DNA from: an uncultured delta proteobacterium
Lineage (GTDB): Bacteria > Desulfobacterota > Desulfomonilia > Desulfomonilales > Desulfomonilaceae
Direction: 5' to 3'
DNA: 64,000 nucleotides
Assembly: GCA_963789265.1 (NCBI GenBank)
Contig: CAWBKB010000005.1
Span: 256,001-320,000, forward strand
Shown: piece after piece, positions 43,407 through 52,756 of the stretch
Layout: the number at the start of each line of letters is the position of its first letter
Numbering within the stretch: the stretch's first letter is position 1
Translations under genes and position numbers: made by a program
The notes under the pieces: generated by a model
The model's database searches: none
What the model saw: only the letters and a program-made list of their open reading frames with translations
What the model was told of the DNA's origin: nothing

Positions 43407-44282
43407 TCAACCTTCCACGATTTTCAGCAGCTCGGAAGGCTTCACACGGTTCAGCTTGAACCCCAGTTGCTCGGAGGGCAGGCCAAAGGCCAAGCCCAAG
43501 ATTTGCGGATAGTAAACCACCGGCACTTTGAGGTCAAGACCTGCCGCTTTTACGATCTTTTTTTGTTGGCCTTCATACATCACATTGCAAAAGGGGCAAA
43601 CAAGAACGAGCGCGTGAGCTTGGGCGTCGGCCACATCGATCAATTTTGTAACAGCCATCGCATTGGCGACTTCTTCTGATATTCCAAGCAGTCCTCCGCC
43701 GCAGCAGTCCTTAAGCGAGGGATAATTAATTACCTGCGCGCCGGTTGCAGAAATTAGTTCTGTCAGTGTCTTGGGGTCCGAGGCCGAATCAAAGCCGGCT
43801 GTCAACTCAGACGGCTTCAGGTAGTGGCAGCCGTAGTGAGGCGCAAGAATCACACCGGTGAGGGGCCGCGTGACAGCGTCCTTGATCGCTTCCGCGCCTA
43901 CCTCTTCCCACAGCAGCCTCATATAATGGCGAACCCTCACTGGACCTTCATATCGTAGACCAACCTCCTTGAGACTCTTGTTCACTTGTTCTTTTAGCTC
44001 CGGATTGTTATCCAGCGCGTGGGCTGTTTCCGCCAGGGTTCCCGCACAGGCGTTGCATAGAGCGCAGATTTCGACCCCTTCTCTTTCTGCCAGTGCCAGG
44101 TTACGTGCAGCGATCAGCGTCGTTTGATGTACATCCAATGATTTTAGCGGAAATCCACAGCATCCGAAGGCTTCGAGATCCCTGAAGTTAATGCCCAGCG
44201 CGCGTGCAGTCAATCTCGCGGACAATTCATAGTTAAGGTTCCTGACGGGCACGGTGCAACCAAGGTATAAGAGTGCTTCCAT
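43407..44282 (-). CDS. hdrB: Heterodisulfide reductase subunit B
   Basis: YLGCT, GCCGFP, LCNAC, HYGCH, DCCGG, VCPFC (two CCG domains). Confidence 0.93.
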   Translation of the reverse strand: MEALLYLGCTVPVRNLNYELSARLTARALGINFRDLEAFGCCGFPLKSLDVHQTTLIAARNLALAEREGVEICALCNACAGTLAETAHALDNNPELKEQVNKSLKEVGLRYEGPVRVRHYMRLLWEEVGAEAIKDAVTRPLTGVILAPHYGCHYLKPSELTAGFDSASDPKTLTELISATGAQVINYPSLKDCCGGGLLGISEEVANAMAVTKLIDVADAQAHALVLVCPFCNVMYEGQQKKIVKAAGLDLKVPVVYYPQILGLAFGLPSEQLGFKLNRVKPSELLKIVEG

Positions 44283-44365
44283 GAGAACTGTCTTTCATTC
44301 CGCTGCAATTTTTAGCCGCTGGAATCTTATTAAATCGCTTCGGGGGCGAAATAGCCTGCTATCGG

Positions 44366-44830
44366 TTACAGTAGGCGGTTGTAGTCTTCAGGGTGTTCAA
44401 CAAGGGAAGGCAGGCCAAGCTTATTGCGCTTTTCGTTCTCAAACTCACCGACCTCGTAGAGACGGCCATGCTGTTTAAGCAGCGATTTTTGACCCGTCAA
44501 CCCCGGTGGTACACAAGCCTCGGCAGCCGCGAGATTCTTGATCGCGAATATCACCTCGGTGAAGCGCACATTCTGGGGGCACACTTCGTGACACCCGTAG
44601 CAACTGGAGCAAAGCCAAATGAAATCACTCTCCAGCACCTCCTTTTTCATGCCCAGCAACACCATGCGTATGATCTTTCGTGGATCGTACCGTTTGTCTA
44701 CCACATTGATCGGGCACGCCGCGCTGCAAGCTTTGCAGGCAAAACATGCCCTGATGGCCTCACCTCCCGGTTGTTGCGCCACACGATGCTTAAAAGAAGG
44801 GTCGAGCGTATTCAGTTTGATGCGGCTCAT
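44366..44830 (-). CDS. hdrC: Heterodisulfide reductase subunit C
   Basis: CFACKACSAACP, DPRKIIRM, WLCSSCYGCHEVCP. Confidence 0.93.
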   Translation of the reverse strand: MSRIKLNTLDPSFKHRVAQQPGGEAIRACFACKACSAACPINVVDKRYDPRKIIRMVLLGMKKEVLESDFIWLCSSCYGCHEVCPQNVRFTEVIFAIKNLAAAEACVPPGLTGQKSLLKQHGRLYEVGEFENEKRNKLGLPSLVEHPEDYNRLL

Positions 44831-46413
44831 AGTATCGCTCCCCCCATATTGCGGACCGCTTCTACGAGGACGTTGGGGGTATTGCTCGCAATGGGAACGA
44901 ATTTCACTCTGTCCGGGTCCATCCCGATTTCTGTAAGAAACTCTCCCACTTGACCGATTCTGCTCTCGGCAAGCAGGTTACCGTATACCGACGCGCAGTT
45001 CCCTTTGAAGCAGCCGGCGACAATCACCCCTTTAGCACCTGATTCCAATGACTCCCAAATATGGTTCAGGCCGACTGTCCCTGCGCAGGGAACTGTAATG
45101 GATACGAGGTTCTCGCCTAAGCAGTGGCCGACTGACTCCATCGCGGGAGCAGCCGAGCGGGAGCAGAGGAAAACCGCTATTTTGCCACCGGCTCCGGCAT
45201 GGGTCAGGTCCGCTCTGATTCGCTCTAATATCGCGCTTTGAGGTTGTACGGGAGTTAACTTTATTGCTTCCATGGGGCATTCTGCCGCACAAATGCCGCA
45301 ACGAGTGCATGTGGCAATATCCGCTGCTGCTTGTTTACTGAAACTTATCGCCCCATGTGGGCATACGCGCACGCAGGTGAGGCACATCGTACATTTGCCG
45401 GGATCGACCTCCGGAGGGCCTGGAAGTTCCGCGAGCGGCGGTTCGGGGATGGGCCTCTTCAGCGCTCCTACCACTGCCTCGATGTCGCCGCGTATAAGCT
45501 CGGGATCAAAAACTCCACGTGAACCGCCCACAGCGAAGATTCCTGCCTTAGGTGTGTCCACTCCTGCAAACCGTATTGATTCTGGCTTCAGAAATGGAGC
45601 TGCGAACCGCCAAGAAGGAATGGCATTAGAAACCGGCTCCAGAATCGGGGGAGGAAACAACTCTTCGTCCACCACCAGCAGATCCGGCACGAGTTCCATT
45701 TCCGAACCCAACAGTGGATCCAAGAAGCTAATTACCGGTCCATCCGCGCAGCTCTCGAAACATGGCCCTTCGAGGTCGAACTTGAAAAACAACGCACCCT
45801 TCTCTCGGCATTCTCTGTAACGCCTTTCCAGTCCGAAAGCGGCCACCTTGAGGTGGCGCGTGAATACGTATGTCTGCACTTGTCCAAGGCTCTGAAGTTT
45901 TTCTATGGCATCGAGAACTCTTGAAAAAACAGCCGGGTGTGACCCCCCTTCAAGTCCAAGCAGAAAAGCTGCATGGAACCAGTCGCCTGATCGACGCTCA
46001 AGTGTGTTTTCGGTTTGAAGGTCCGCTTCCAGGTCTGACAGGCTGAGAATCTTTCTAGATCGGGCCAGTCCGTATGATTCGTACTTTGGAACGACCGTTG
46101 CCGGCTTCGCCGCGACAATAAAGCCCACCTGTTCTGTCAAACGCCCGCTGCCGGTTCGCAGAGTTACTTCGAATCCGCCTACGAAGCCTTGAACCTCATC
46201 GAGGTCCGCATCCGCTAACAAACGAACCTTTTCGTACAACCCGTCCGAGGAAGCTTTTCCGGCCAGGAGCACATCAAAACCTTCCTCGGCCAATCGCAAA
46301 GCGAGATCTTTGCCTGTTGCATCGCCGCCAAGCACAAGTACGCGCCTGTAAGCTCCGTTCCCCGCCTTGAACTCCCTCGTCAGGAATACCGATCCGGTTA
46401 CCGATGCTTTCAC
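44827..46413 (-). CDS. Degenerate HdrA-like domain plus ferredoxin plus MvhD fusion
   Basis: Eroded FAD motif VLGGDATG; CTMCLTCVRVCP and CTRCGICAAECP; MvhD-like FLC...VPCAG...AGCFKGNCAS. Confidence 0.85.
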   Translation of the reverse strand: MKASVTGSVFLTREFKAGNGAYRRVLVLGGDATGKDLALRLAEEGFDVLLAGKASSDGLYEKVRLLADADLDEVQGFVGGFEVTLRTGSGRLTEQVGFIVAAKPATVVPKYESYGLARSRKILSLSDLEADLQTENTLERRSGDWFHAAFLLGLEGGSHPAVFSRVLDAIEKLQSLGQVQTYVFTRHLKVAAFGLERRYRECREKGALFFKFDLEGPCFESCADGPVISFLDPLLGSEMELVPDLLVVDEELFPPPILEPVSNAIPSWRFAAPFLKPESIRFAGVDTPKAGIFAVGGSRGVFDPELIRGDIEAVVGALKRPIPEPPLAELPGPPEVDPGKCTMCLTCVRVCPHGAISFSKQAAADIATCTRCGICAAECPMEAIKLTPVQPQSAILERIRADLTHAGAGGKIAVFLCSRSAAPAMESVGHCLGENLVSITVPCAGTVGLNHIWESLESGAKGVIVAGCFKGNCASVYGNLLAESRIGQVGEFLTEIGMDPDRVKFVPIASNTPNVLVEAVRNMGGAIL

Positions 46414-47639
46414 TGGTCCTCCCCACGAGAGATCTTGGCAATATATGAGGTAACTTGACCGGCAGTTCGGATCGCATGGGAAACTGTTTCCTCGATGGAT
46501 TTGGGTCCCTGGACAGTTCCGGCAACGAATACTCCGGCGCGACTGGTTGTGACCGCCTCTCCGTTTCCCCCAACGAAGCCGTCCATATTCAAACCCACAC
46601 CAAGCAGATTCCCGAGTGCGGCACTTGAGTGGCTCGGGGAGATGCCCCCACTTAAAACTACAAGATCAAACGATTCTAAGGCCCTCTTGTCATCCGACCC
46701 GTGATAGACCAACTCCGGCTTGCCGTCCAGCGCGGTGCGGATTTCTGACGGAATCGATCGGATCAGCTTCACCTCTTGCTCGGCCTCCTTCAGGCGCTCC
46801 TCGAAGTCACGTTCAAAGGACTGGATATCCATGTAAAACATTGACAGGTCCACCTGAGGAAAGCGAGTTCGCAAAAGACGCGCGAGTCTTAAAGCATAAG
46901 CGCAACAAACGCGTGAACAGTAATTCCGCCCGATTTTGGCGTCTCGACTCCCTACGCACTGAATAAAAGCAATTTTTGCGTTGCCACCTGGATCCCAGCA
47001 GTTCTGTCTAAGTAGCGACTCAAGTTCAAGACCTGTGACAACTCCCGGCACCCGGCCGTACCCGAATCGAGGAGTTTCGGTAGGGTCAGTGGGCTTGAAA
47101 CCGGAGGCCAACACAACTGTTGATGCATGAACGTCAAGGATGTCATGACTCCGATCAAGCTTAACGGCCTCTCGACGGCAAGCATCCCGGCAGGCATGGC
47201 ACGAGGCATCCTGAAACCAAAGGCATCTCTGCTCGTTTATGGCAATAGCGCGATTCCAAGGAGAGCGCAGGAGCGCTCCCGGAACAGGGCAGACAGCCTC
47301 GCACGCTCCGCAATTGTTGCATCTTTCGGGCATTATTAGGAGAGGTCTTCGGGAAATGGTTAGTTGAAAATCTCCAGGCTTGCCTTCGACCTGAAGCAGG
47401 TCCGACTGAAGGAGCACAGTAATCCGGTTCGACAATTGCACTTTATGCAGAATATCTTCCAGGAGACAGGCGCCGCATCGCTCGCATTGATCAGTAGCCT
47501 TGCAGCATAATTGTGCGACATGTCCGCCCGGAAATGCAGCGGTTTCGACGATCACAGACTCCAATCCCAGCCGGGCCAGTTCCCACGCGCACCATAGTCC
47601 GGCTATGCCGCCGCCAAGGATCACTGCGTCTTTCTTCAT
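46410..47639 (-). CDS. hdrA: Short HdrA-family flavoprotein
   Basis: ILGGGIAG, CCKATDQCERCGAC, CNNCGACEAVCP, IQCVGSRD...YCSRVCC, GVFVAG...GPK. Confidence 0.9.
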   Translation of the reverse strand: MKKDAVILGGGIAGLWCAWELARLGLESVIVETAAFPGGHVAQLCCKATDQCERCGACLLEDILHKVQLSNRITVLLQSDLLQVEGKPGDFQLTISRRPLLIMPERCNNCGACEAVCPVPGALLRSPWNRAIAINEQRCLWFQDASCHACRDACRREAVKLDRSHDILDVHASTVVLASGFKPTDPTETPRFGYGRVPGVVTGLELESLLRQNCWDPGGNAKIAFIQCVGSRDAKIGRNYCSRVCCAYALRLARLLRTRFPQVDLSMFYMDIQSFERDFEERLKEAEQEVKLIRSIPSEIRTALDGKPELVYHGSDDKRALESFDLVVLSGGISPSHSSAALGNLLGVGLNMDGFVGGNGEAVTTSRAGVFVAGTVQGPKSIEETVSHAIRTAGQVTSYIAKISRGEDQ

Positions 47640-47805
47640 CGCGTAAGTGCCTTACCACAGCCGAGTCAACCCTGCAGGGAAGCATGGCCGGCTCAGCAGC
47701 TTCACTGTTGCCACAGACGAAATGCCGGCCACGAACCGCCGGAAACGGGAAAGTCCGCCGCCTGGAGCGGTTTGCATGGAGAACACTTACGGAACGGATT
47801 TTCAT
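47636..47805 (-). CDS. Candidate triple-selenocysteine microprotein (~56 aa; one-base frameshift assumed near 47763)
   Basis: ATGA overlaps with both flanking genes. Reconstructed MKIRSVSVLHANRS/QAADFPVSGGSWPAFRLWQQ-U-SC-U-AGHASLQG-U-LGCGKALTR. UGA at 47704-02, 47695-93 and 47668-66. Confidence 0.6.
47643..47693 (-). promoter_or_regulatory. Two candidate SECIS-like hairpins
   Basis: CCC-UGCA-GGG (47679-47670) within an AGCCG...CGGCU stem, loop at +26 and +17 from UGA1 and UGA2; GUAAG-GCA-CUUAC (47655-47643), loop at +16 from UGA3. Confidence 0.5.
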
Positions 47806-48497
47806 CCTTTCCGAGCGGTGTGATCGCCGGCCGATAAAAGTTGATATTCTCTCCGAACTATTTTAGCGGGGTGTGTGCTCCGATCGTTGCATTTGGGCGG
47901 CACGATCTCTTTCAAGAAGTCAAGACGCGATTGGCGTTCTAGCCGAGAAATGATCTGTACCCACGCGCAATCCCTTTGCGGGTCTGTTTCGCACTTGCCG
48001 TTCTTTGGGCCCCCACACGGTCCGTTCAGAAGTCCTTTCGCGCACATCGTTACGGGACAGATGCCGCCGGTGATCCCAAGATAGCACTGATTGCAAGATC
48101 GACAACGCTCGGACCACACGCCGGCCCCTTCGGACACTCCTATGAAGCTGGTGTCCACGCCGGGAAAGACCGGGATGTCGGGATACATCTCGGCGAGGAA
48201 CTGGATGCCGGCCCCGCAAGCCAGGGACACGATCGCGTCAACTTGCGCTACATGATCGCGAAACAACTGTATGAATTCGCGGTCGCATTGGCGTTCCACT
48301 GTAGCCGCTACGGCCTGGAAATTTTTGTTGTCATGCCCTGCGGCAAGTTTAAGACGTGTTGCGAGAATTCCCGCTTCTTTCTCTCCACCTGTTAGGCAAA
48401 CCGCGACGCACGTTCCGCACCCTGCCACGAGAATGCGTGAATAGCCGCGTATCATTTTCTGGATTTCGACAAAGGGTTTGGCTTGAGCAACAATCAC
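47802..48497 (-). CDS. metV: MetV-like (methylene-THF reductase C-terminal domain) Fe-S/Zn protein
   Basis: GCGTCVAVCLTGGEKE, ERQCD, LACGAG, CRSCNQC...GICPVTMCAKGLLNGPCGG...CE...CAW. Confidence 0.9.
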   Translation of the reverse strand: MIVAQAKPFVEIQKMIRGYSRILVAGCGTCVAVCLTGGEKEAGILATRLKLAAGHDNKNFQAVAATVERQCDREFIQLFRDHVAQVDAIVSLACGAGIQFLAEMYPDIPVFPGVDTSFIGVSEGAGVWSERCRSCNQCYLGITGGICPVTMCAKGLLNGPCGGPKNGKCETDPQRDCAWVQIISRLERQSRLDFLKEIVPPKCNDRSTHPAKIVRREYQLLSAGDHTARKG

Positions 48498-48830
48498 GGG
48501 ATCCTCAAGAGGCGGAATCTGGCGAGTTTAAAGGTCTATTAATAGGAATAGCGGAGGCAGCCCAGGGTGTCAAGTACGGAACCGGTCCGGTCCAGGCAAT
48601 CGGTCGCAGGCGAGCACTGTGCCTTGCTCCTGCGTTGCCTGAAATGAAATGTTGCGCTGCTGGTACTCATTCACTCCTCGCAATGACAATCTCTTCCCGC
48701 ACGCAATTGAATGCTTACCGCTGCTGAGCAGGTTTCATTTTTCCGCGCTGAAAATTACTGCGTACAGCGTTCTGCGGGACTCGAGTCGACAACCTGTGCG
48801 ATCGCGAAAATTGGGCGAATACGGATTAAC

Positions 48831-50123
48831 TCAGGAAGCCTTGGCGTGCGGTACCGCGGCCATTTCTGCCCTTCGCTCAAGAGACCGCGGCTTGCGATTG
48901 GTTGGTTCATCGTGGTGCTTTCCGGAATTCGACGCACCCTGATCGGTAGGAATCCAGTCTCTGGCATAGAAGAGAAACGCGAACGCCGGCAACGAAAGGA
49001 AGAAAGTGAAGAAGAAATATTGCGCGTAGCCTACGCGAGTTGCTGCCCATCCGCTAACCGATCCCATAATAATACCCGGTATCTTGAAAAGGGCGGTGAG
49101 TAACGCGTACTGAGTGGCGGAGTACTCTTTCTTGCATACGCTCATTAAGAAGGCCAAAAATGCGGCGGTTCCCAGTCCCGCGCAAAAGGACTCGGCCACT
49201 GATGCGAAGTAGATACCCCAATTACCCGTTTCGGGATAAGCCGCGACCCACGCATAGCTGAGATTAGCACCAGCTTGCCATATTCCAAGGAACCAGAGGC
49301 CGTGAAATATACCGAAGCGAACCATGAAGAGCCCTCCGGCCAATCCCCCTACAATCGTCGCAAGGATTCCCAACGAGCCGGTGATTAGCCCTATTTCAGT
49401 GGTGGACAGGCCCCTATCCAGCCAGAATGGGCGCACCATTGGCCCTAATGCCATGTCTCCGAGCTTGTACAAAAGGATGAAAAGTGCCACCTGCACCAAA
49501 CCCGGTCTACTCAAAAAATCCTTCACCGGGGCCGCCAGGGAGGAAAGCGAAAACTTTGGCCGTTTCACTTCCACCGCGGGGAGTCTAAACGAAACTACGC
49601 TGCATACTGCCAAAATCGTGGCTGCCGTCAGGAAAGTGCTCTTCCATCCGATCCAACCTCCCAGTGCTATAAACAAACCGCCTGCAACCACCATCGCAAC
49701 GCGGTAAGCCGCGATCCTGAAACCATTGGCGATTCCCATTTCAGATGGCTGGAGCAACTCTATAGTGTAAGCATCTACGGCTATGTCCTGCGTGGCTGAC
49801 ATTACTGCAAACGAAAAAATGCAGGTCCAGAGCAAAAATGCGGGATGAGTGGGGTCCAGGGGAATAGTCAGCACCATTAACGCAGCCATGCAGAACTGCG
49901 CGGCCGATATCCAATGGCGCCGTTTTCCCAAAAAATCCACCGCCGGAGCCCAGATGAACTTCAGCGCGTACGGAAGGCTCAACAGGCTCAGCAGACCCAC
50001 GTGCACCAGAGAGATCTTATGGATGCGGAAATATACTGGAAGTGTTTGCTCAATGATTCCGAAGGGAAAACCTTCTGCAAAATACAGCAGCGAAACGAGC
50101 AAGAGTTTTCTATTGAGTTTCAC
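48831..50123 (-). CDS. ampG: AmpG-family MFS permease
   Basis: LYFAEGFPFG, LKFIWAP.VD, SATQDIAVDAY, LLYKLGD, SATQYALL. Confidence 0.9.
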   Translation of the reverse strand: MKLNRKLLLVSLLYFAEGFPFGIIEQTLPVYFRIHKISLVHVGLLSLLSLPYALKFIWAPAVDFLGKRRHWISAAQFCMAALMVLTIPLDPTHPAFLLWTCIFSFAVMSATQDIAVDAYTIELLQPSEMGIANGFRIAAYRVAMVVAGGLFIALGGWIGWKSTFLTAATILAVCSVVSFRLPAVEVKRPKFSLSSLAAPVKDFLSRPGLVQVALFILLYKLGDMALGPMVRPFWLDRGLSTTEIGLITGSLGILATIVGGLAGGLFMVRFGIFHGLWFLGIWQAGANLSYAWVAAYPETGNWGIYFASVAESFCAGLGTAAFLAFLMSVCKKEYSATQYALLTALFKIPGIIMGSVSGWAATRVGYAQYFFFTFFLSLPAFAFLFYARDWIPTDQGASNSGKHHDEPTNRKPRSLERRAEMAAVPHAKAS

Positions 50124-50421
50124 AGTGGCTCCTCTGCTCCATTGTGGGGTAGCCCACCAATTTTGCAGGGGGATAATACAGGAATTTTCACAAAATAAAA
50201 AAGATTTATCATCTTTCAGCTTGAAGGCGTAGCAAATGCCCGGTAATAACTAGGTAAATCATCACAACCATGCTAATGGCACGAAGGATTTCGATGCCCG
50301 ACAACTCTATGAAAGCAAAGCCGGGTGCTCTCCTTTTGCTTCAAACACCTTTCACCTTCCGTACAGGATGCGCTATAATGCTCACCAAGACACCAAGCCA
50401 TGACTGCCAACATCACGGACC

Positions 50422-50862
50422 ATGACTACTAAAGCCACAAGCAGAGTTCTGAGTGCCAAGGAAGCTGTAGAGTCAATTCGTGGATCTTTGTCCAATGCGG
50501 AGTTGATGGAGAGGTTCAAGATCAGTCCTCAAGGTCTTGCGGACCTTATCAAGCAGCTTTTCGAGAAGAAACTCATCTCCGAAGACGACTTGCGCCGACG
50601 AGGAATACGTTTCAAGATAGTGAAGAAACAGTCCCATCCTCAGATCATTCCGCCTCCTCCACCGGAACCTACCGAAGATACAGAAGAATTTCTTGATACA
50701 ATAACCTTAACGGAACTGCTCAGCTTTGTCCCCCCCGGCAAAAAGCCAATTGAGGGGGAAGATGAGCCCACCGAAATCCCGCCACCTGAAGAAACCGCTG
50801 AAGAATTGAATGAAAAGAAAAGTAGATTCAGCATCACCGGTTTTTTCAAGAGAGGCAAGTAA
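50422..50862 (+). CDS. Hypothetical protein with N-terminal HTH-like module and Pro/Glu-rich tail
   Basis: SAKEAVESIRGSLSNAELMERFKISPQGLADLIKQL; TATAAT at 50374 upstream. Confidence 0.75.
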   Translation: MTTKATSRVLSAKEAVESIRGSLSNAELMERFKISPQGLADLIKQLFEKKLISEDDLRRRGIRFKIVKKQSHPQIIPPPPPEPTEDTEEFLDTITLTELLSFVPPGKKPIEGEDEPTEIPPPEETAEELNEKKSRFSITGFFKRGK

Positions 50863-50935
50863 GATCTTTGCTATCGCAATGTCATAGGATACGCCGTGCT
50901 TGTCAGCTCTCTCTGGGGGAGAATGGCATATCTTA

Positions 50936-51077
50936 AACCGATTCGCTTCCCAACAAGTGAGAATGGGCAGATAGCAAACGGCACTGACCTGGCGCCATGA
51001 TGGTGCCTCCCGCGGGACGCGGGAGGCTTTGTCAGATCTGTGCTGTATTTCCTTGATTGTTCACCGTTTGATCGCGC
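50936..51077. mobile_element. MITE-like repeat, copy 2 (inverted, internally deleted, one end lost)
   Basis: Reverse complement aligns with 30485-30674, lacking the 47 bp at 30562-30608. Confidence 0.75.
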
Positions 51078-51221
51078 ATTCCTATGAAAACGTCCTGTTA
51101 CCGACCGGCAATCCCACGTTCCGCGCGGGACGGTCCTACTAACGTTTTCATGTTTCGTTGTAGCTTTCTAGCTATGGGAGTTGGTATTAATTTGCGCTCA
51201 GCTTATCCGGCCTAAGGGAAG

Positions 51222-51644
51222 TCAAGAAAATTCTATTAGCTTGCCGGTTCTGTAGGCAAGAGCCTGGGCCGTTGCGATGAGGTTCCCCTCGGCTTTTTCT
51301 CTCACCTCGCAAAAATATGAGGCAGTACGATTTGTCTTGTGAACTTCTGTTGCCCGTGCCTCGAGCATAGTTCCCGCTTTGGCCGGCGCCGCGTAGGTGA
51401 TACTCACATTGAGCGCCACGGAAAGCACGCCATGGGTGTTGCAGGCTATTTGGAATGCTTCGTCGATCAAAGAAAAAAGGGCTCCACCGTGCGTTGATCC
51501 GAAGATGTTCTCCAAGTCCGGCCTGATAGGCATCCTTACCAGGGAACTGCCCGGCCCGATCTCCACAACTTCCATCCCCAGGAGCCGCCCGTACGGTTCC
51601 AAGCGCGAACGCCTTGTCAGCTCGTCATACAACTTTCCGCTCAT
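51222..51644 (-). CDS. PaaI-family hotdog-fold thioesterase
   Basis: NIFGSTHGGALFSLIDEAF..ACN motif. Confidence 0.9.
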   Translation of the reverse strand: MSGKLYDELTRRSRLEPYGRLLGMEVVEIGPGSSLVRMPIRPDLENIFGSTHGGALFSLIDEAFQIACNTHGVLSVALNVSITYAAPAKAGTMLEARATEVHKTNRTASYFCEVREKAEGNLIATAQALAYRTGKLIEFS

Positions 51645-52380
51645 CCGCTATCTTTCCTATTTCCGCTGGCGTAGGAGGGCTGATGATGATCTGGGAGCCC
51701 AAGAGTCCTAGTGACATCAGCAACTTTGCAAGATCTTCAACAGTCATGTCAAGACGCACAAAATCTTCTACCGGGACAAGCGCGTTGAACCCCGTAGCCG
51801 GAATTGGAGAGTTAGGAACAAACACGAGCAGATATTCCTTTCCATCCTGGAGGCAGTAGCGTCGAGATGATGTCAGAAGCCCCAACATCTTCACATTCCC
51901 TATGCTAATGTGGCCTACGGCACCAAACCTGCCCGCTTGTCCTTTCTTTTCGAATATGTCAACTACCTGCCCCACCCCCGTGTAAATTTTGCCAATGAGG
52001 GGGATTTTGGCAAAGATGGAATTGACAGCTCGATGAATCCTGGCCACCGTAGCGCGGTTCACCAAAAATCCCAGGAGAATGATAAGGAGCACTACGACAA
52101 GGTAGCCCACGATGTAGCCTGGGTACTTGTGGCTGTTCCCAACAATCGTCAGCAAGAACAACCCGAAAGAACTGCTGGGGCCAATAAAGGCGTCGGCAAA
52201 CCTCACGATCCAGCTCACCACGAATACGGTCACTACGAAAGGGCTAAGTGTGGCCACTCCGGTGAGGAAGAATCTTACTACTGTGCTTGCAAATGTCCGC
52301 AACGCGATTTCTCCGTATTCATTCCCTTTGAGGCTTTGCCCAGAGGAAAGAACCCCTGTTCGTCCGGCACATTTTAACAT
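51625..52380 (-). CDS. DUF502 membrane protein
   Basis: FFLTG..TLSP, KIPLIGKIY, VFVPNSPIPATGF, MTVEDLAKLLMSLG. Start uncertain. Confidence 0.85.
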   Translation of the reverse strand: MLKCAGRTGVLSSGQSLKGNEYGEIALRTFASTVVRFFLTGVATLSPFVVTVFVVSWIVRFADAFIGPSSSFGLFLLTIVGNSHKYPGYIVGYLVVVLLIILLGFLVNRATVARIHRAVNSIFAKIPLIGKIYTGVGQVVDIFEKKGQAGRFGAVGHISIGNVKMLGLLTSSRRYCLQDGKEYLLVFVPNSPIPATGFNALVPVEDFVRLDMTVEDLAKLLMSLGLLGSQIIISPPTPAEIGKIADERKVV

Positions 52381-52594
52381 CAGTGAGGGTCAGGAAACGA
52401 AATGACCGGTAGCTCGCCAATGTTCCCCTCATAATCTATCACTCGGCAAGGAACCGCGCTATAATAGATTATCATATTCCTACACCCCGACAGGTAACGG
52501 CATGGCTTTGCCCTGTAAGCCCGTCTGAGGGGTTTTTTGTTCTGCTCAGGGGGAACTTTCAGACAAAGTGCGCCTGGGTTGAGCCGCAGCGCGA

Positions 52595-52756
52595 CTACGC
52601 CGATTCGTGGGGTTGAACGATACGATAGGCGCCCACATGTGCGGGATCTTTGACAGGACCTCGGAGCCTCGGGCGGTTGCTCGTTTCCGTCCGGACACAG
52701 CTCAGATAGCCTATCAAAAGAAAGAAGATCACCAGTCCTATTCCCAGGACAATCAT
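52595..52756 (-). CDS. Putative small membrane-anchored protein (53 aa)
   Basis: MIVLGIGLVIFFLLIGYLSC hydrophobic N-terminus. Confidence 0.45.
   Translation of the reverse strand: MIVLGIGLVIFFLLIGYLSCVRTETSNRPRLRGPVKDPAHVGAYRIVQPHESA

Noticed and set aside
47640..47805. Decayed mvhD pseudogene, or the 104-aa ORF 47491-47805
   Set aside because: The MvhD resemblance needs several frame changes, and the 104-aa ORF overlaps hdrA by ~150 bp. The single-shift triple-UGA reading with ATGA couplings fits better.
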